A stretch of 64,000 bases of DNA from the IMG/VR virus record IMGVR_UViG_3300008108_000027. One strand, given 5' to 3'. The stretch's first letter is position 1; each line of letters opens with the position of its first letter. The notes beneath the pieces are model-generated. The model was not told where the DNA came from. It saw nothing but the letters and a program-made list of their open reading frames with translations, and did not search any database. Below are positions 1 through 9,162 of the stretch, in pieces. The DNA comes from an uncultured virus (IMG/VR IMGVR_UViG_3300008108_000027). Lineage: Duplodnaviria > Heunggongvirae > Uroviricota > Caudoviricetes. The position numbers were made by a program, and so were the translations under genes.

Positions 1-1
1 C

Positions 2-1018
2 CGGATTTTCATGTAAAATCTTAATTGTTTTTTTAGACTTAACACCAAATCTATCAAGTATTGATGCAATTAATTTATTATCATTTTTTATAAGATACTT
101 TTTGGTTGGGTACCAATGAAAAATCAAAGATTCATAATTATTATTCGGTACTTTTATTTTTTTCAAGTGAACAAATAGACGAATTAATGTTTCCATAAAC
201 CAATCTTTAGGTTCTCTTAAATCCACATCGGGACAACTAAATCCTTCTATACTTGAAAATGTGTTCTTTAATTCTTTTATAAACTCATAATCGTTTATTA
301 TATCTAAACATTCATTTCGTAAAATTTCACTACTTTTTCTATCACCATAAAATTTTCTAAGAACTCTAACACCAAAACTCATGATTTCCGTGGACAATAA
401 ACTGGTATGTATTTCCCTAAAAGAATTTCTTCTAACTTTATTTGCACCTGATTTGTTTGTGTGGTATGATGTTATGTTACCGGTTTTTAAATCGATGGTT
501 ATACCAAATCTAAACCAATTTTTTTTGAAGTACTTACAATTAATATGTCTTGATTTTGTGAATATCGATTTCTTTATCGTTATTTTATTATCTTTAATAT
601 AAATCGTTCTTTCAAAGACATTTGTACCAATAGATGAAAAAGGTCTAGCATAGTGGTTTTTTATATGTCTATCATTTGTGGTAAAAAAAGTATTATCTTT
701 TTTAAAGAATGGTTCAATTTGTGTGATTACCCCAACACCATTTTCACCAGAATAAAAATATTTTGTTTTATTATTTTTTCTTATTGAATCATTCTCATCC
801 AACCTGAGAGTATAAAAACCATTATCTTGATAAATTGATCTTTGAACCTCGTTTGGTATTGATGATATTGTTCTATGAAATTCATCCTCGTCAGGTGATT
901 CAATAACCTCATCTATATCGAAACTAAACGGATTTCGTTTTTTAGTTAATTTTGAGTAATTTTTAAAAGCCTGAATTTCCGCGAATTCAAATCTTTGATG
1001 TAATATCTGTCTTTCCAT
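2..1018 (-). CDS. Hypothetical protein, truncated by the window edge (possibly PcfJ-like N-terminal region)
   Basis: Hand-translated open frame from ATG 1018 (MERQILHQRFEFAEIQ...) to the window edge; absent from the ORF track because there is no stop in the window; TACATTTG box upstream. Confidence 0.75.
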   Translation of the reverse strand, partial: MERQILHQRFEFAEIQAFKNYSKLTKKRNPFSFDIDEVIESPDEDEFHRTISSIPNEVQRSIYQDNGFYTLRLDENDSIRKNNKTKYFYSGENGVGVITQIEPFFKKDNTFFTTNDRHIKNHYARPFSSIGTNVFERTIYIKDNKITIKKSIFTKSRHINCKYFKKNWFRFGITIDLKTGNITSYHTNKSGANKVRRNSFREIHTSLLSTEIMSFGVRVLRKFYGDRKSSEILRNECLDIINDYEFIKELKNTFSSIEGFSCPDVDLREPKDWFMETLIRLFVHLKKIKVPNNNYESLIFHWYPTKKYLIKNDNKLIASILDRFGVKSKKTIKILHENP

Positions 1019-1037
1019 ATAAAAAAATATCTTTTTA

Positions 1038-1045
1038 CAAATGTA
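1038..1045 (-). promoter_or_regulatory. Bacteroidota-type -7 promoter element TAnnTTTG
   Basis: TACATTTG about 20 nt upstream of ATG 1018. Confidence 0.55.
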
Positions 1046-1067
1046 GTAAAAAATCCAATATTTCGCG

Positions 1068-1074
1068 TATTTAT
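1068..1074 (+). promoter_or_regulatory. Putative phage late promoter motif TATTTAT
   Basis: Recurrent 7-mer just upstream of starts; here 12 nt before ATG 1087. Confidence 0.5.
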
Positions 1075-1086
1075 AGAAAAAAAATT

Positions 1087-1215
1087 ATGGCTAAAGGAAA
1101 AGGTGGATCAGAAAGTAGAAAAATCTCTTTCGGTAAAAGAAAAAAAGGTAAAGCAAGAAAATCATACAACAAACACGATCGTAAATCAAGAAATTACGTC
1201 GGTCAAGGTAGATAA
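1087..1215 (+). CDS. Small highly basic protein (42 aa) ending YVGQGR
   Basis: MAKGKGGSESRKISFGKRKKGKARKSYNKHDRKSRNYVGQGR; TATTTAT upstream; below the ORF track cutoff. Confidence 0.8.
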   Translation: MAKGKGGSESRKISFGKRKKGKARKSYNKHDRKSRNYVGQGR

Positions 1216-1228
1216 TATAAAGTTTATA

Positions 1229-1735
1229 CTATTTTATTAGGTAGTTTTTCAACGTAAAAAATCGGTAGTATTCCAAATACCTTAATATTTGGTCATGTAC
1301 TTTTTTGGGTTTGTTTTTATTCTTACTTGATAATATATCTAACCAATATGACATGAATAACTTAAAGTTATTTGATGAAATCATTTTGGTTTCGCACATG
1401 TATATCAACTTTGTTAAATTATCGAAATATTCATCAAATAGATTTCTTAGAAGAACCTCGTCTTTACTGAATTTTTGTTTAACGTCGTGTGTCTGTAGTG
1501 CTTCAAATAATATCTCATCATTAACGTAAATCTCAGTACCATAAACCTCGACGTTAATTCCATTCCAATCTAATATTTTTTCCACAGATTTTGTTGTTTG
1601 AATTGATCTGAATTTATCAATTTCGTCCAACATAAATTTATTCCTATTCCACTTTAAATTTTCACTATACTCATAGATCCATTTAAACGTGGCGTATAAT
1701 CCACCGATTATTGATAATATAATTTCTATATTCAT
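1229..1735 (-). CDS. Hypothetical protein with N-terminal membrane anchor
   Basis: 168 aa ORF, hydrophobic N-terminus, overlaps the stop of the upstream gene. Confidence 0.7.
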   Translation of the reverse strand: MNIEIILSIIGGLYATFKWIYEYSENLKWNRNKFMLDEIDKFRSIQTTKSVEKILDWNGINVEVYGTEIYVNDEILFEALQTHDVKQKFSKDEVLLRNLFDEYFDNLTKLIYMCETKMISSNNFKLFMSYWLDILSSKNKNKPKKVHDQILRYLEYYRFFTLKNYLIK

Positions 1736-2541
1736 TTACTATTTTCAGATAAAAATTGATCTATTTCAGATTCAGTTAGTGTGAGACAACTTGATCTTTC
1801 ACCAAATTGTTCCTTGAATTTTTCTTTTAACTCATTTGGTATTAACTTTTTTTCTAATCTCATAGCAACATTACCGTATTCATCTTCGGGTTCGGGTTTT
1901 AAGTAGTATAAGATACTAAACTTCGGTTCTTCCAGAACTTTTGCGGTTGTTACCGATTCGTCAAATACCCCTCTAATCATAACTCCTCTATGACCTTCAG
2001 GCACATATTCTTTTGGATTATCTAAAACTTTATCTAATAAATCGTGTAGGTGTTTCCTAAGTATTGAGTCGGGATCTTCAGTAGATCCCTCCACTTTCCC
2101 TAATATTTTATTTATTACATTATCTTGTGCCATTTCTGGTGAAAACTCTAAAACAATTTTTTTACTTGGTTCAAGTGTTTGTGAATTATATGTTGTTGGT
2201 GTTATAACTGCACCATCCTTAACTGGCGTATGTAATTTATTAGGATCGTATATTTTGGGTGTTAATGATACTGATAGTATATAACCAACACCCTTAAATT
2301 TTGTTTCATCACCTACTTTATATGTAGGTACGATAACGGTTTTACCATTTAATTCAAAAGTGGGTAAGTCCACAAAAACAATATCCGATAATCCTTTGAA
2401 TTCATCACATTCGAGTAATTTTTGTTTATATGGTTCTAAATTTTTTGACCCATATAAACAATAATCAGTGATAAATGACCCATCATTTATTGGTTTTGGT
2501 CCATCTTTAAAAATTTCGTCTAATAATTCTTTTAATTTCAT
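1732..2541 (-). CDS. Hypothetical protein
   Basis: 269 aa ORF with 4-nt overlaps to both neighbours. Confidence 0.75.
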   Translation of the reverse strand: MKLKELLDEIFKDGPKPINDGSFITDYCLYGSKNLEPYKQKLLECDEFKGLSDIVFVDLPTFELNGKTVIVPTYKVGDETKFKGVGYILSVSLTPKIYDPNKLHTPVKDGAVITPTTYNSQTLEPSKKIVLEFSPEMAQDNVINKILGKVEGSTEDPDSILRKHLHDLLDKVLDNPKEYVPEGHRGVMIRGVFDESVTTAKVLEEPKFSILYYLKPEPEDEYGNVAMRLEKKLIPNELKEKFKEQFGERSSCLTLTESEIDQFLSENSK

Positions 2542-2738
2542 GTTACAATAAACTTTTCGGTATCTTTTATTTTTTTAATAACGTCTTCAACAGTTTCTTC
2601 AGTGTATACACTACTACCATCCATAGTATAAACAATAGTCTTTGTTCCTGCTTTTCTTATTCTTGTGATGAATGTGGGATTAATTAGTTCTTCATCACCG
2701 GGGATTTGTACTTTTAATTTAATAAACTTACTTATCAT
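2538..2738 (-). CDS. FlbD-like small protein
   Basis: FIKL...INPTFITRI...TIVYTMDGSSVYTEETVEDVIKKI resembles the FlbD family pattern. Confidence 0.55.
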   Translation of the reverse strand: MISKFIKLKVQIPGDEELINPTFITRIRKAGTKTIVYTMDGSSVYTEETVEDVIKKIKDTEKFIVT

Positions 2739-2970
2739 CTTTGTTCAATTATATATTTTCCTTTAATGTATACATTTTTTTTATCAATGTCAATAAATTT
2801 AATTCCGTCGGAAGTTATTTCAAATTTATCTGTTCTGTATCTATGACTATCTTGATATATCACAATATTGTATTTTTTCATTCTATCCTCATCTTTAATG
2901 ATTGCATAAACTAAAAATGAAATTAACACAGAAAAAGATAATCCTAAAATTATTTTTTGAAGTTTGTCAT
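2735..2970 (-). pseudogene. Small membrane protein gene with an apparent 1-nt deletion near the start
   Basis: ATG 2970 reads MTNFKK*; adding one A gives MTKLQKIILGLSFSVLISF..., continuous with the track ORF 2735..2929. Confidence 0.45.
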
Positions 2971-3241
2971 CTTAATTTTTTTACGTAATATCTAATGTTT
3001 ATCTTGTCATTGAACCAAGTGACGGACAACATGCTTTCACCATCTTTGAAATCAACAACATGTATGGTGCATTTAGTTTCTGTGACAAACTCGTAACCGT
3101 CATATGAGTTTCCCTTGAAAGTGTTCCCGGATATATCCACAGATTCATCATCAACTAAGTTCTGTAAGCACTGTATTTTGATTGAGAGAATGTTGCAATT
3201 GTAATTAACAATCCGATAATTAGTGTTGTGATTTTTTTCAT
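2967..3241 (-). pseudogene. Frameshifted secreted-protein gene
   Basis: Signal peptide MKKITTLIIGLLITIATFSQSKYSAYRT then TAG; another frame continues LVDDESVDISG...RYYVKKLR* to 2967. Confidence 0.55.
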
Positions 3242-3252
3242 TTTATTTTTTT

Positions 3253-3486
3253 TTATTTGTTATTATAATTGTTTTGATAAATCCATAAATGATTATAACA
3301 ATTCAGTATGGTTAATTCAATTTGAAATGCCGGTGAATGGTCGTCCTCGTATCTATCGCAATTAATGTTAAGTCTAAAGAATGTTATTCCGTCTTTAAAT
3401 GATCTGGTAATGGCGAATAATTGAGTTTCCCAATATATTCTTTTTTTCTTAAATAATGTTCCGTGATTAATAATACCTATATTCAT
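3253..3486 (-). CDS. Hypothetical protein
   Basis: 77 aa ORF directly after thyA. Confidence 0.65.
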   Translation of the reverse strand: MNIGIINHGTLFKKKRIYWETQLFAITRSFKDGITFFRLNINCDRYEDDHSPAFQIELTILNCYNHLWIYQNNYNNK

Positions 3487-3488
3487 GT

Positions 3489-4646
3489 TTAGTTACTTAA
3501 CGGCATCCGTATTGTTGGATGACTTTGATAGTTTTCAATTACAAAATCAGTATTATCTAAATGAGTTATAAGTGATAGATCTTCAGATAACGATCTATAG
3601 AACTCATCTGTCTTCATATGTTTTAATGTTGGTAGTTTATATGGTTTTCTTGTTATCTGTTCTTTAACACCATCAATTTGATTATTATAGATATGACAAT
3701 CACCAAGATTACCAATTATTTCTTCAGGAACCATATTAACTGCCTTGGCAATGATTTCCAATAATAATCCATATGATGCTATATTGAACGGAAGACCCAA
3801 TGGAACGTCAACACTGCGTTGATTCCACATTAGAGAGATTGCTCGTTTAGGTACACCTAATTTATCTAGATTTTCATTAGTTGCCAACTCAAATAACAAA
3901 TCTAATTTATCTTCGGTTATGTATTTTTTATGAATATCGTATCTTTCTTCATAACCCAACTCTCTCGTATAAACTTGAAATCCGTAATGACAGGGTGGAA
4001 GAACCATTTGATCCAACTCACCTACATTCCAAGCATTAACCATTAACCTGCGACTATCAGGATTCGTTTTGAGTTCGGAGATTAGGTTTGCGATTTGGTC
4101 AACTTGTGTTAAATAATGACTATGTATTCCATTGAAACCAGTAAATAGGTATGTTTTATTATTACCACTTTGACCTGTATTTGGTTCTAATTTAGTCCAA
4201 CTTCTCCACTGCTTTCCGTAGATGGAACCGAGTTCACCCCACTTCTTAGCAAACTCATCATCGGTTTTAATTTTGTTGATGAATTCTTCTTTGATTAAAA
4301 ATCCATTACTTATTGATAAATCATCATTAACAATATCTCTATTGTTGTATGGATTGTATTCATTTAAGTACCTCTTATAAGCGTCCCCGTCCCAAATGTG
4401 ACAATCATTGTCTACAAGGTATTTGATGTTTGTCTCTCCTCTCAAAAACCACAGGAGTTCAGTTATGATACCTTTGGTATACATTTTCTTTGTAGTTAAT
4501 AATGGGAATCCTTCTTCCATTCTATGAACTATCTTCCAACCGAATACAGATCTAGTACCTGTTCCAGTTCTGTCACTTTTATTATTACCAAACACTAATA
4601 TGTGTTCAAGTAGTTCTTTGTATTGCCTATCTATATTATTGCTCAT
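3489..4646 (-). CDS. thyA: Thymidylate synthase
   Basis: DRTGTGT, ELLWFLRG, LPPCH, QRSVDVPLGLPFNIASY and HIY motifs, with insertions. Confidence 0.97.
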   Translation of the reverse strand: MSNNIDRQYKELLEHILVFGNNKSDRTGTGTRSVFGWKIVHRMEEGFPLLTTKKMYTKGIITELLWFLRGETNIKYLVDNDCHIWDGDAYKRYLNEYNPYNNRDIVNDDLSISNGFLIKEEFINKIKTDDEFAKKWGELGSIYGKQWRSWTKLEPNTGQSGNNKTYLFTGFNGIHSHYLTQVDQIANLISELKTNPDSRRLMVNAWNVGELDQMVLPPCHYGFQVYTRELGYEERYDIHKKYITEDKLDLLFELATNENLDKLGVPKRAISLMWNQRSVDVPLGLPFNIASYGLLLEIIAKAVNMVPEEIIGNLGDCHIYNNQIDGVKEQITRKPYKLPTLKHMKTDEFYRSLSEDLSLITHLDNTDFVIENYQSHPTIRMPLSN

Positions 4647-4650
4647 AAAT

Positions 4651-4812
4651 TTATCTATAAATGTTTATCAATGTTACAACGAATATTATCAAAGACATTA
4701 TCGCAAAACAAAATGCAACAAAACTACCTTTCTCTTGACTTTTAATAAATCTTGGGAGTATGTCGGCAAGAGCTAAAAAAATGTATCCAATACTTAAAGC
4801 AATTAAATTCAT
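4651..4812 (-). CDS. Small two-TM membrane protein (53 aa)
   Basis: Hand-translated MNLIALSIGYIFLALADILPRF...FVVTLINIYR; fills the operon gap. Confidence 0.6.
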   Translation of the reverse strand: MNLIALSIGYIFLALADILPRFIKSQEKGSFVAFCFAIMSLIIFVVTLINIYR

Positions 4813-4814
4813 AT

Positions 4815-4913
4815 TTACTTTATTTTTCTAATTTGTTTTTCAATATCAATAATACCAAATATACAAATACCTATTAGTAATCCAAAAACTCCACCGATAA
4901 TTAATTCTACCAT
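4815..4913 (-). CDS. Small single-TM peptide (32 aa)
   Basis: MVELIIGGVFGLLIGICIFGIIDIEKQIRKIK; fills the operon gap. Confidence 0.55.
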   Translation of the reverse strand: MVELIIGGVFGLLIGICIFGIIDIEKQIRKIK

Positions 4914-4914
4914 A

Positions 4915-5379
4915 TTATTTTCTAATTAATGTATTATATTTTTGTTTAACACTTGATCCTATTGGTAATGCCTGTCCCTCTTCATCTATTCTAACAAAAG
5001 TAATGTGTACACGTAAACAGACAACTTCCGCCTCACTCCTAACATTATATTTTCTCATTTCTATTATAATGTTTATAGATGTGTTACCAATACTTTCGAT
5101 ACCACAATAAGTTTTGATTACGTTACCAACTTTAATTGGTGCAAGAAATTCTGCATTTAAACTTCTTGTGACAACTAATGGTGTGTCACATATTTCAGCC
5201 GCAAAAACCGCCGCAATCTCATCAATGTGTGAAAGAAGAATACCTCCAAAAGCATTATTATGAACACCAAGGTCTTTCGTCATGCAAATCCAAGTGGATC
5301 TCATAACCATACCCTTACTTCTTAAAATCTCAACGTTGTTGTCAATAATTTCTTTTTTACTTAAAGGCATATTAAACAA
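4915..5379 (-). CDS. Acyl-CoA thioesterase (hotdog fold)
   Basis: DLGVHNNAFGGILLSHIDEIAA, FLAPIKVG, IGNTS and TFVRIDEEG, typical of YciA-like thioesterases. Confidence 0.85.
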   Translation of the reverse strand: MFNMPLSKKEIIDNNVEILRSKGMVMRSTWICMTKDLGVHNNAFGGILLSHIDEIAAVFAAEICDTPLVVTRSLNAEFLAPIKVGNVIKTYCGIESIGNTSINIIIEMRKYNVRSEAEVVCLRVHITFVRIDEEGQALPIGSSVKQKYNTLIRK

Positions 5380-5617
5380 TTAGATCATCTAAATTAATTC
5401 CACGTTCATTCATTTCTTCCCACAACTTATCAAATACTTTATCTACAGCCTCATAAGCGTCCAACTTATTAAATTCAATTTGATTGTGAATACTTTTTTT
5501 AGTGTTATGTGCCATTTCCCATAACACTAATGCCATGTCTAATGATTTTACCGCCCTAAGATGTGCCATTGAATCGTCATGGTCATTTAAATCAAATTCT
5601 AATATTCCTTTAGCCAT
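5372..5617 (-). CDS. Hypothetical phage protein
   Basis: 81 aa ORF in the operon (MAKGILEFDL...). Confidence 0.7.
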   Translation of the reverse strand: MAKGILEFDLNDHDDSMAHLRAVKSLDMALVLWEMAHNTKKSIHNQIEFNKLDAYEAVDKVFDKLWEEMNERGINLDDLIV

Positions 5618-5618
5618 A

Positions 5619-5819
5619 TTAATATCCTTCTTGTATTTGAAATCCGATCATTATTGTAAACCATCTGATTGTTATCCCCCACGCGGGAGTGTAAACCCCC
5701 GTTTCTAAAAAAGTATTTTTATCATAATAAAAAACAATCGTAGGAATTATAAACCAATGATGTTTCTTTTTATATATAAAGAAATCTTTTAGATATATTT
5801 TTTTAGTTTTCTTTAACAT
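5619..5819 (-). CDS. Hypothetical protein
   Basis: 66 aa ORF in the operon. Confidence 0.6.
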   Translation of the reverse strand: MLKKTKKIYLKDFFIYKKKHHWFIIPTIVFYYDKNTFLETGVYTPAWGITIRWFTIMIGFQIQEGY

Positions 5820-6018
5820 CTTGTTGTTTACTTTTTAACTTATTCAAACACTCATATATAATATGGGATTCTTCGAATGAAAATAAACCATTTTTAAGTG
5901 AAAAAAGTAGAGCCATTTCAATTAATTTAATTGCATTCTCATCATTAATTGTTTCAACAAAATTGTTGAATTGTTCTCTACTTTCAAATTGAACTAAGCC
6001 ACCAAATATTGTATCCAT
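5803..6018 (-). CDS. Hypothetical protein
   Basis: 71 aa ORF, first gene of the operon. Confidence 0.65.
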   Translation of the reverse strand: MDTIFGGLVQFESREQFNNFVETINDENAIKLIEMALLFSLKNGLFSFEESHIIYECLNKLKSKQQDVKEN

Positions 6019-6077
6019 TTTATCAGTTTTTATAATAATACAAAAATTATTTGAAATAACAAAATAATTATAGATAT

Positions 6078-6437
6078 ATGTCAGTAAGAATTAATAATCA
6101 ATTGTTCCCGGCCGAGTACGTGTCCACACCTGAACAAATCGAAAAAGGTATGATGGGTCGTGAGTCACTTAATGGTTGTATGGTTTTCAAAATGAAAAAG
6201 GGTCACCATACTTTTTGGATGAAAAAATGTAAAATTCCGTTAGATATTGTATTCGTACTAAACAATAGGATTAGTAAAATACATAGAGATTGTCAACCAT
6301 GTGAGGGTGAATGTCCTGAAAGATATTCAGGAATTGGTGATCATGTTATCGAATTTCCTGCGGGAACCACTAAAGATTGGAAAGAGACTGATCGAGTATC
6401 AATGTATCTTGGGACACCTCAGAACCCTGTTCGTTAA
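6078..6437 (+). CDS. DUF192 family protein
   Basis: GMMGRESL..MVF....FWMKKCKIPLDIVF...VIEFPAG signature. Confidence 0.85.
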   Translation: MSVRINNQLFPAEYVSTPEQIEKGMMGRESLNGCMVFKMKKGHHTFWMKKCKIPLDIVFVLNNRISKIHRDCQPCEGECPERYSGIGDHVIEFPAGTTKDWKETDRVSMYLGTPQNPVR

Positions 6438-7086
6438 TTAATTTTACATTATAATCTACTTTAGGTTTTACTTTTTCAAAAACCCAAAAATAACTGTGGT
6501 ATTTTCTTGCGTGTTCTTGTTTAGTCCATTTAGATCCAAAACTGTTAATTCTCATTTTAGCAAGTAAAATAAACAAATCCTTTGGATAAAATCCCATTTC
6601 CATTGCCATATTCATAACCATAACATGACTAAAATGATTTTTACCGCCAGATACCGTATCTTGACATTTCATAATAACATAACCACCTTTTTTACAAACT
6701 CTATACAATTCTTTTAATGAATTATAATAATTTGATTTAAGATGATTAAAAGTTTCATAACCCTCAAATCTTTTTGCAATTATTGAACTACCTTCTTTAT
6801 TATTTCTATACGTTTTACCGACAACCACAAATGGTGGATCGTACATTATACTTGACATTGAGTCACTTTCGAATGGTAAATTCTCTGAACTAGCATTTAT
6901 TACAGTATCGTTAATAGGATATATATCTGATTTTAATTTTGGTTGTGATAAGTCTTTCCAAAAAGAACCTTTAGAATATGTACAATCTAAATCAAATTGT
7001 TCAATACCATACAATTCCATTATATTAGTTATAACTTCAAAATTTGAAGAATATACACTTTTTACGGGTTTAAAATCTTTTTCCAT
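6370..7086 (-). CDS. Putative amino (N6A/N4C) DNA methyltransferase
   Basis: LDCTYSKGSFW SAM-binding motif and DPPF catalytic motif. Confidence 0.75.
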   Translation of the reverse strand: MEKDFKPVKSVYSSNFEVITNIMELYGIEQFDLDCTYSKGSFWKDLSQPKLKSDIYPINDTVINASSENLPFESDSMSSIMYDPPFVVVGKTYRNNKEGSSIIAKRFEGYETFNHLKSNYYNSLKELYRVCKKGGYVIMKCQDTVSGGKNHFSHVMVMNMAMEMGFYPKDLFILLAKMRINSFGSKWTKQEHARKYHSYFWVFEKVKPKVDYNVKLINEQGSEVSQDTLILDQSLSNL

Positions 7087-7115
7087 TTACTTTTTTAAAT
7101 TTTTAGAATATGTTA

Positions 7116-7123
7116 CAAACATA
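7116..7123 (-). promoter_or_regulatory. Bacteroidota-type -7 element
   Basis: TATGTTTG upstream of ATG 7086. Confidence 0.5.
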
Positions 7124-7171
7124 GGTATTTAAAACCAATAAACCAAATATTTATTAAAAAACATTATTATC

Positions 7172-7345
7172 ATGGGATGCGGATGTAAAAAAAACAGACC
7201 AGTACAACAACCTCAACCTCAAGTACAGGTTCAGGTGCAAGAATCAACAACTAATCAACCAAATCAATCTGGTGTTCAATTAACTGAAGAACAACAAAAA
7301 CAAGTTGATGTCATCATGGATAAATTAAAACAATTGAACTCATAA
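7172..7345 (+). CDS. Small Gln-rich protein with an MGCGCK N-terminus (57 aa)
   Basis: Hand-translated; TATTTAT at 7148-7154 upstream and a hairpin immediately downstream. Confidence 0.75.
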   Translation: MGCGCKKNRPVQQPQPQVQVQVQESTTNQPNQSGVQLTEEQQKQVDVIMDKLKQLNS

Positions 7346-7379
7346 TATCGGACAACTAAAAATTGTCCGATATATTTTT
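7345..7379 (+). terminator. Rho-independent terminator
   Basis: 11-bp stem ATATCGGACAA/TTGTCCGATAT followed by ATTTTT. Confidence 0.65.
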
Positions 7380-7406
7380 GAATAAAAAGTATATAAATAT
7401 ATAAAT

Positions 7407-7604
7407 ATGATAGATAAAGTAAAATTAACCAGTGTAAACATTTTAGATGATGTATACAAAAAATTTAAAATAGAAACTGTTAATGATGAGATTAATTTAC
7501 AAAAATTAGTTAATAGATCGTTAGATTTATACAATAATGACGAACAATTTAGAGAAAAAATAATAAATCATTTAAATTTAAAAAATAAAAACACTAAATT
7601 TTGA
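7407..7604 (+). CDS. Ribbon-helix-helix-like DNA-binding protein
   Basis: LTSVNI strand then helices DDVYKKFKI and NLQKLVNRSLDLY; 65 aa. Confidence 0.55.
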   Translation: MIDKVKLTSVNILDDVYKKFKIETVNDEINLQKLVNRSLDLYNNDEQFREKIINHLNLKNKNTKF

Positions 7605-7644
7605 TTTAGGTTTTTTTTTGTTTACATTTATCAAAAAACATTAA

Positions 7645-9162
7645 ATGATTACTGTAATTTATTCCACACATAAAGACCAAGAGTACAATAAAAATTTTAA
7701 AAGTCATATTGAAAATACAATTGGTGTAAAAGATTACCAAATTCTTGAGTATAAAAATGATAATGAATTTGGATTATCTGAAATTTATAATAAAGGAATA
7801 TCCGAATCAATACATGATATTGTTGTTTGTTGTCACAATGACATAAAATTAGAAAATAATTGGGGTAGGAGATTGATGCTGGACTTTGTCAATAATCCTG
7901 AATATGGTATCATTGGTAAAGCCGGTTCTTGTTATTTTCCCGAATCAGGAATCTATTGGGAAAGAATGAATGAAACAATGGTCGGTCAGGTATATCATCA
8001 TCCGAAAGACTTTACAAAATGGTTAAGTAAATATTCCGCAAAAGTACCCTATTTAATTCCCGTTGTAACAATTGATGGTTTATTTATTTCATTTGATAAA
8101 ACAAAAATTAAACATCAATTTGACGAATCAATTGGGAAATTTCACTTTTATGATCATGGATTTTGTGTGCCAAATTATTTAGATGGAGTTAAAATTGGTG
8201 TTACGTCTTCATTTGAAATAACACACCAATCTGTTGGTGTACCCAATGAAGAATTTTATTTATCAAAAGATAAGTTTGTTGAAAAATATAAAACAAAATT
8301 ACCGATAGATTTGAAGCCAGAAAAAGTTTATGTTCCTAAATTAGACATTAAAATATCTAAAAGTTTCGGTAAAGTTGCGGTTATTATCCCAACTAAAAAT
8401 AAAGTTGATTTACTTTTCAATTGTTTAAATTCATTTATTAAAAATTGTACTCAGTCAAACTACGAAATTTTTATTGCAGACACGGGATCAGATGAAGATG
8501 AAAAAAATAAAATAAAAGATTATATTAAAAATAACGAAGAGAGTATTAAAATAAATTTAATTGAATATGATTATTACAACTTTGCAAAAATAAATAATGA
8601 TGTTGTAAAAAATCATGTTAGTGATGAATTTAAATTTATACTATTCTGTAATAACGATATTGTTCTTTTAAATAATGTAATTGATGGAATGATGGATGTC
8701 TTTAAAAGAAATCCTAAAACGGGGACTGTTGGGGCTAGATTACATTACGGGGATAACACAATTCAACATGAAGGAATTGTCAGTGTTTTAAATAGCGAAA
8801 ATGTATTTGGTGTTACACACATGGGTTTAAGAAGTTATTATAGTAAACAAATCAACCCAATGAAAGTATGTGGTAACACAGGTGCTCTTTTAATGATAAG
8901 AAAAAATGTATTTGAAAAGTGTGGTTATTTTAATGAAAATTATATTTCTTGTTTCGAGGATGTTGAATTGAATTACAAATGTTTAATTAATAATTTTGAA
9001 AATTATTATGATGGTAACTTAGTTGCCTATCATTTTGAGAGTCAATCCAGAAATGAAGATCCAAAAAACATGGAAAAATTACAACAGGATTACATAAATA
9101 ATCTAGCACCATTTGTTCAAAGTAATTTTGAGAAATTATCTAAATGGTTTGTTAGAATCTAA
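7645..9162 (+). CDS. Two-domain glycosyltransferase (GT-like plus GT2)
   Basis: HNDI and FHFYD in the N-domain; VIIPTK, DTGS, NNDI, TGALLMI and FEDVEL in the C-terminal GT2 domain. Confidence 0.9.
   Translation: MITVIYSTHKDQEYNKNFKSHIENTIGVKDYQILEYKNDNEFGLSEIYNKGISESIHDIVVCCHNDIKLENNWGRRLMLDFVNNPEYGIIGKAGSCYFPESGIYWERMNETMVGQVYHHPKDFTKWLSKYSAKVPYLIPVVTIDGLFISFDKTKIKHQFDESIGKFHFYDHGFCVPNYLDGVKIGVTSSFEITHQSVGVPNEEFYLSKDKFVEKYKTKLPIDLKPEKVYVPKLDIKISKSFGKVAVIIPTKNKVDLLFNCLNSFIKNCTQSNYEIFIADTGSDEDEKNKIKDYIKNNEESIKINLIEYDYYNFAKINNDVVKNHVSDEFKFILFCNNDIVLLNNVIDGMMDVFKRNPKTGTVGARLHYGDNTIQHEGIVSVLNSENVFGVTHMGLRSYYSKQINPMKVCGNTGALLMIRKNVFEKCGYFNENYISCFEDVELNYKCLINNFENYYDGNLVAYHFESQSRNEDPKNMEKLQQDYINNLAPFVQSNFEKLSKWFVRI

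Noticed and set aside
3489..4646. thyA insertions as an intein/intron, or as a DNA hypermodification enzyme
   Set aside because: The insertions are short and in frame with no splicing motifs, and the canonical PFNIASY Asn for dUMP specificity is retained.
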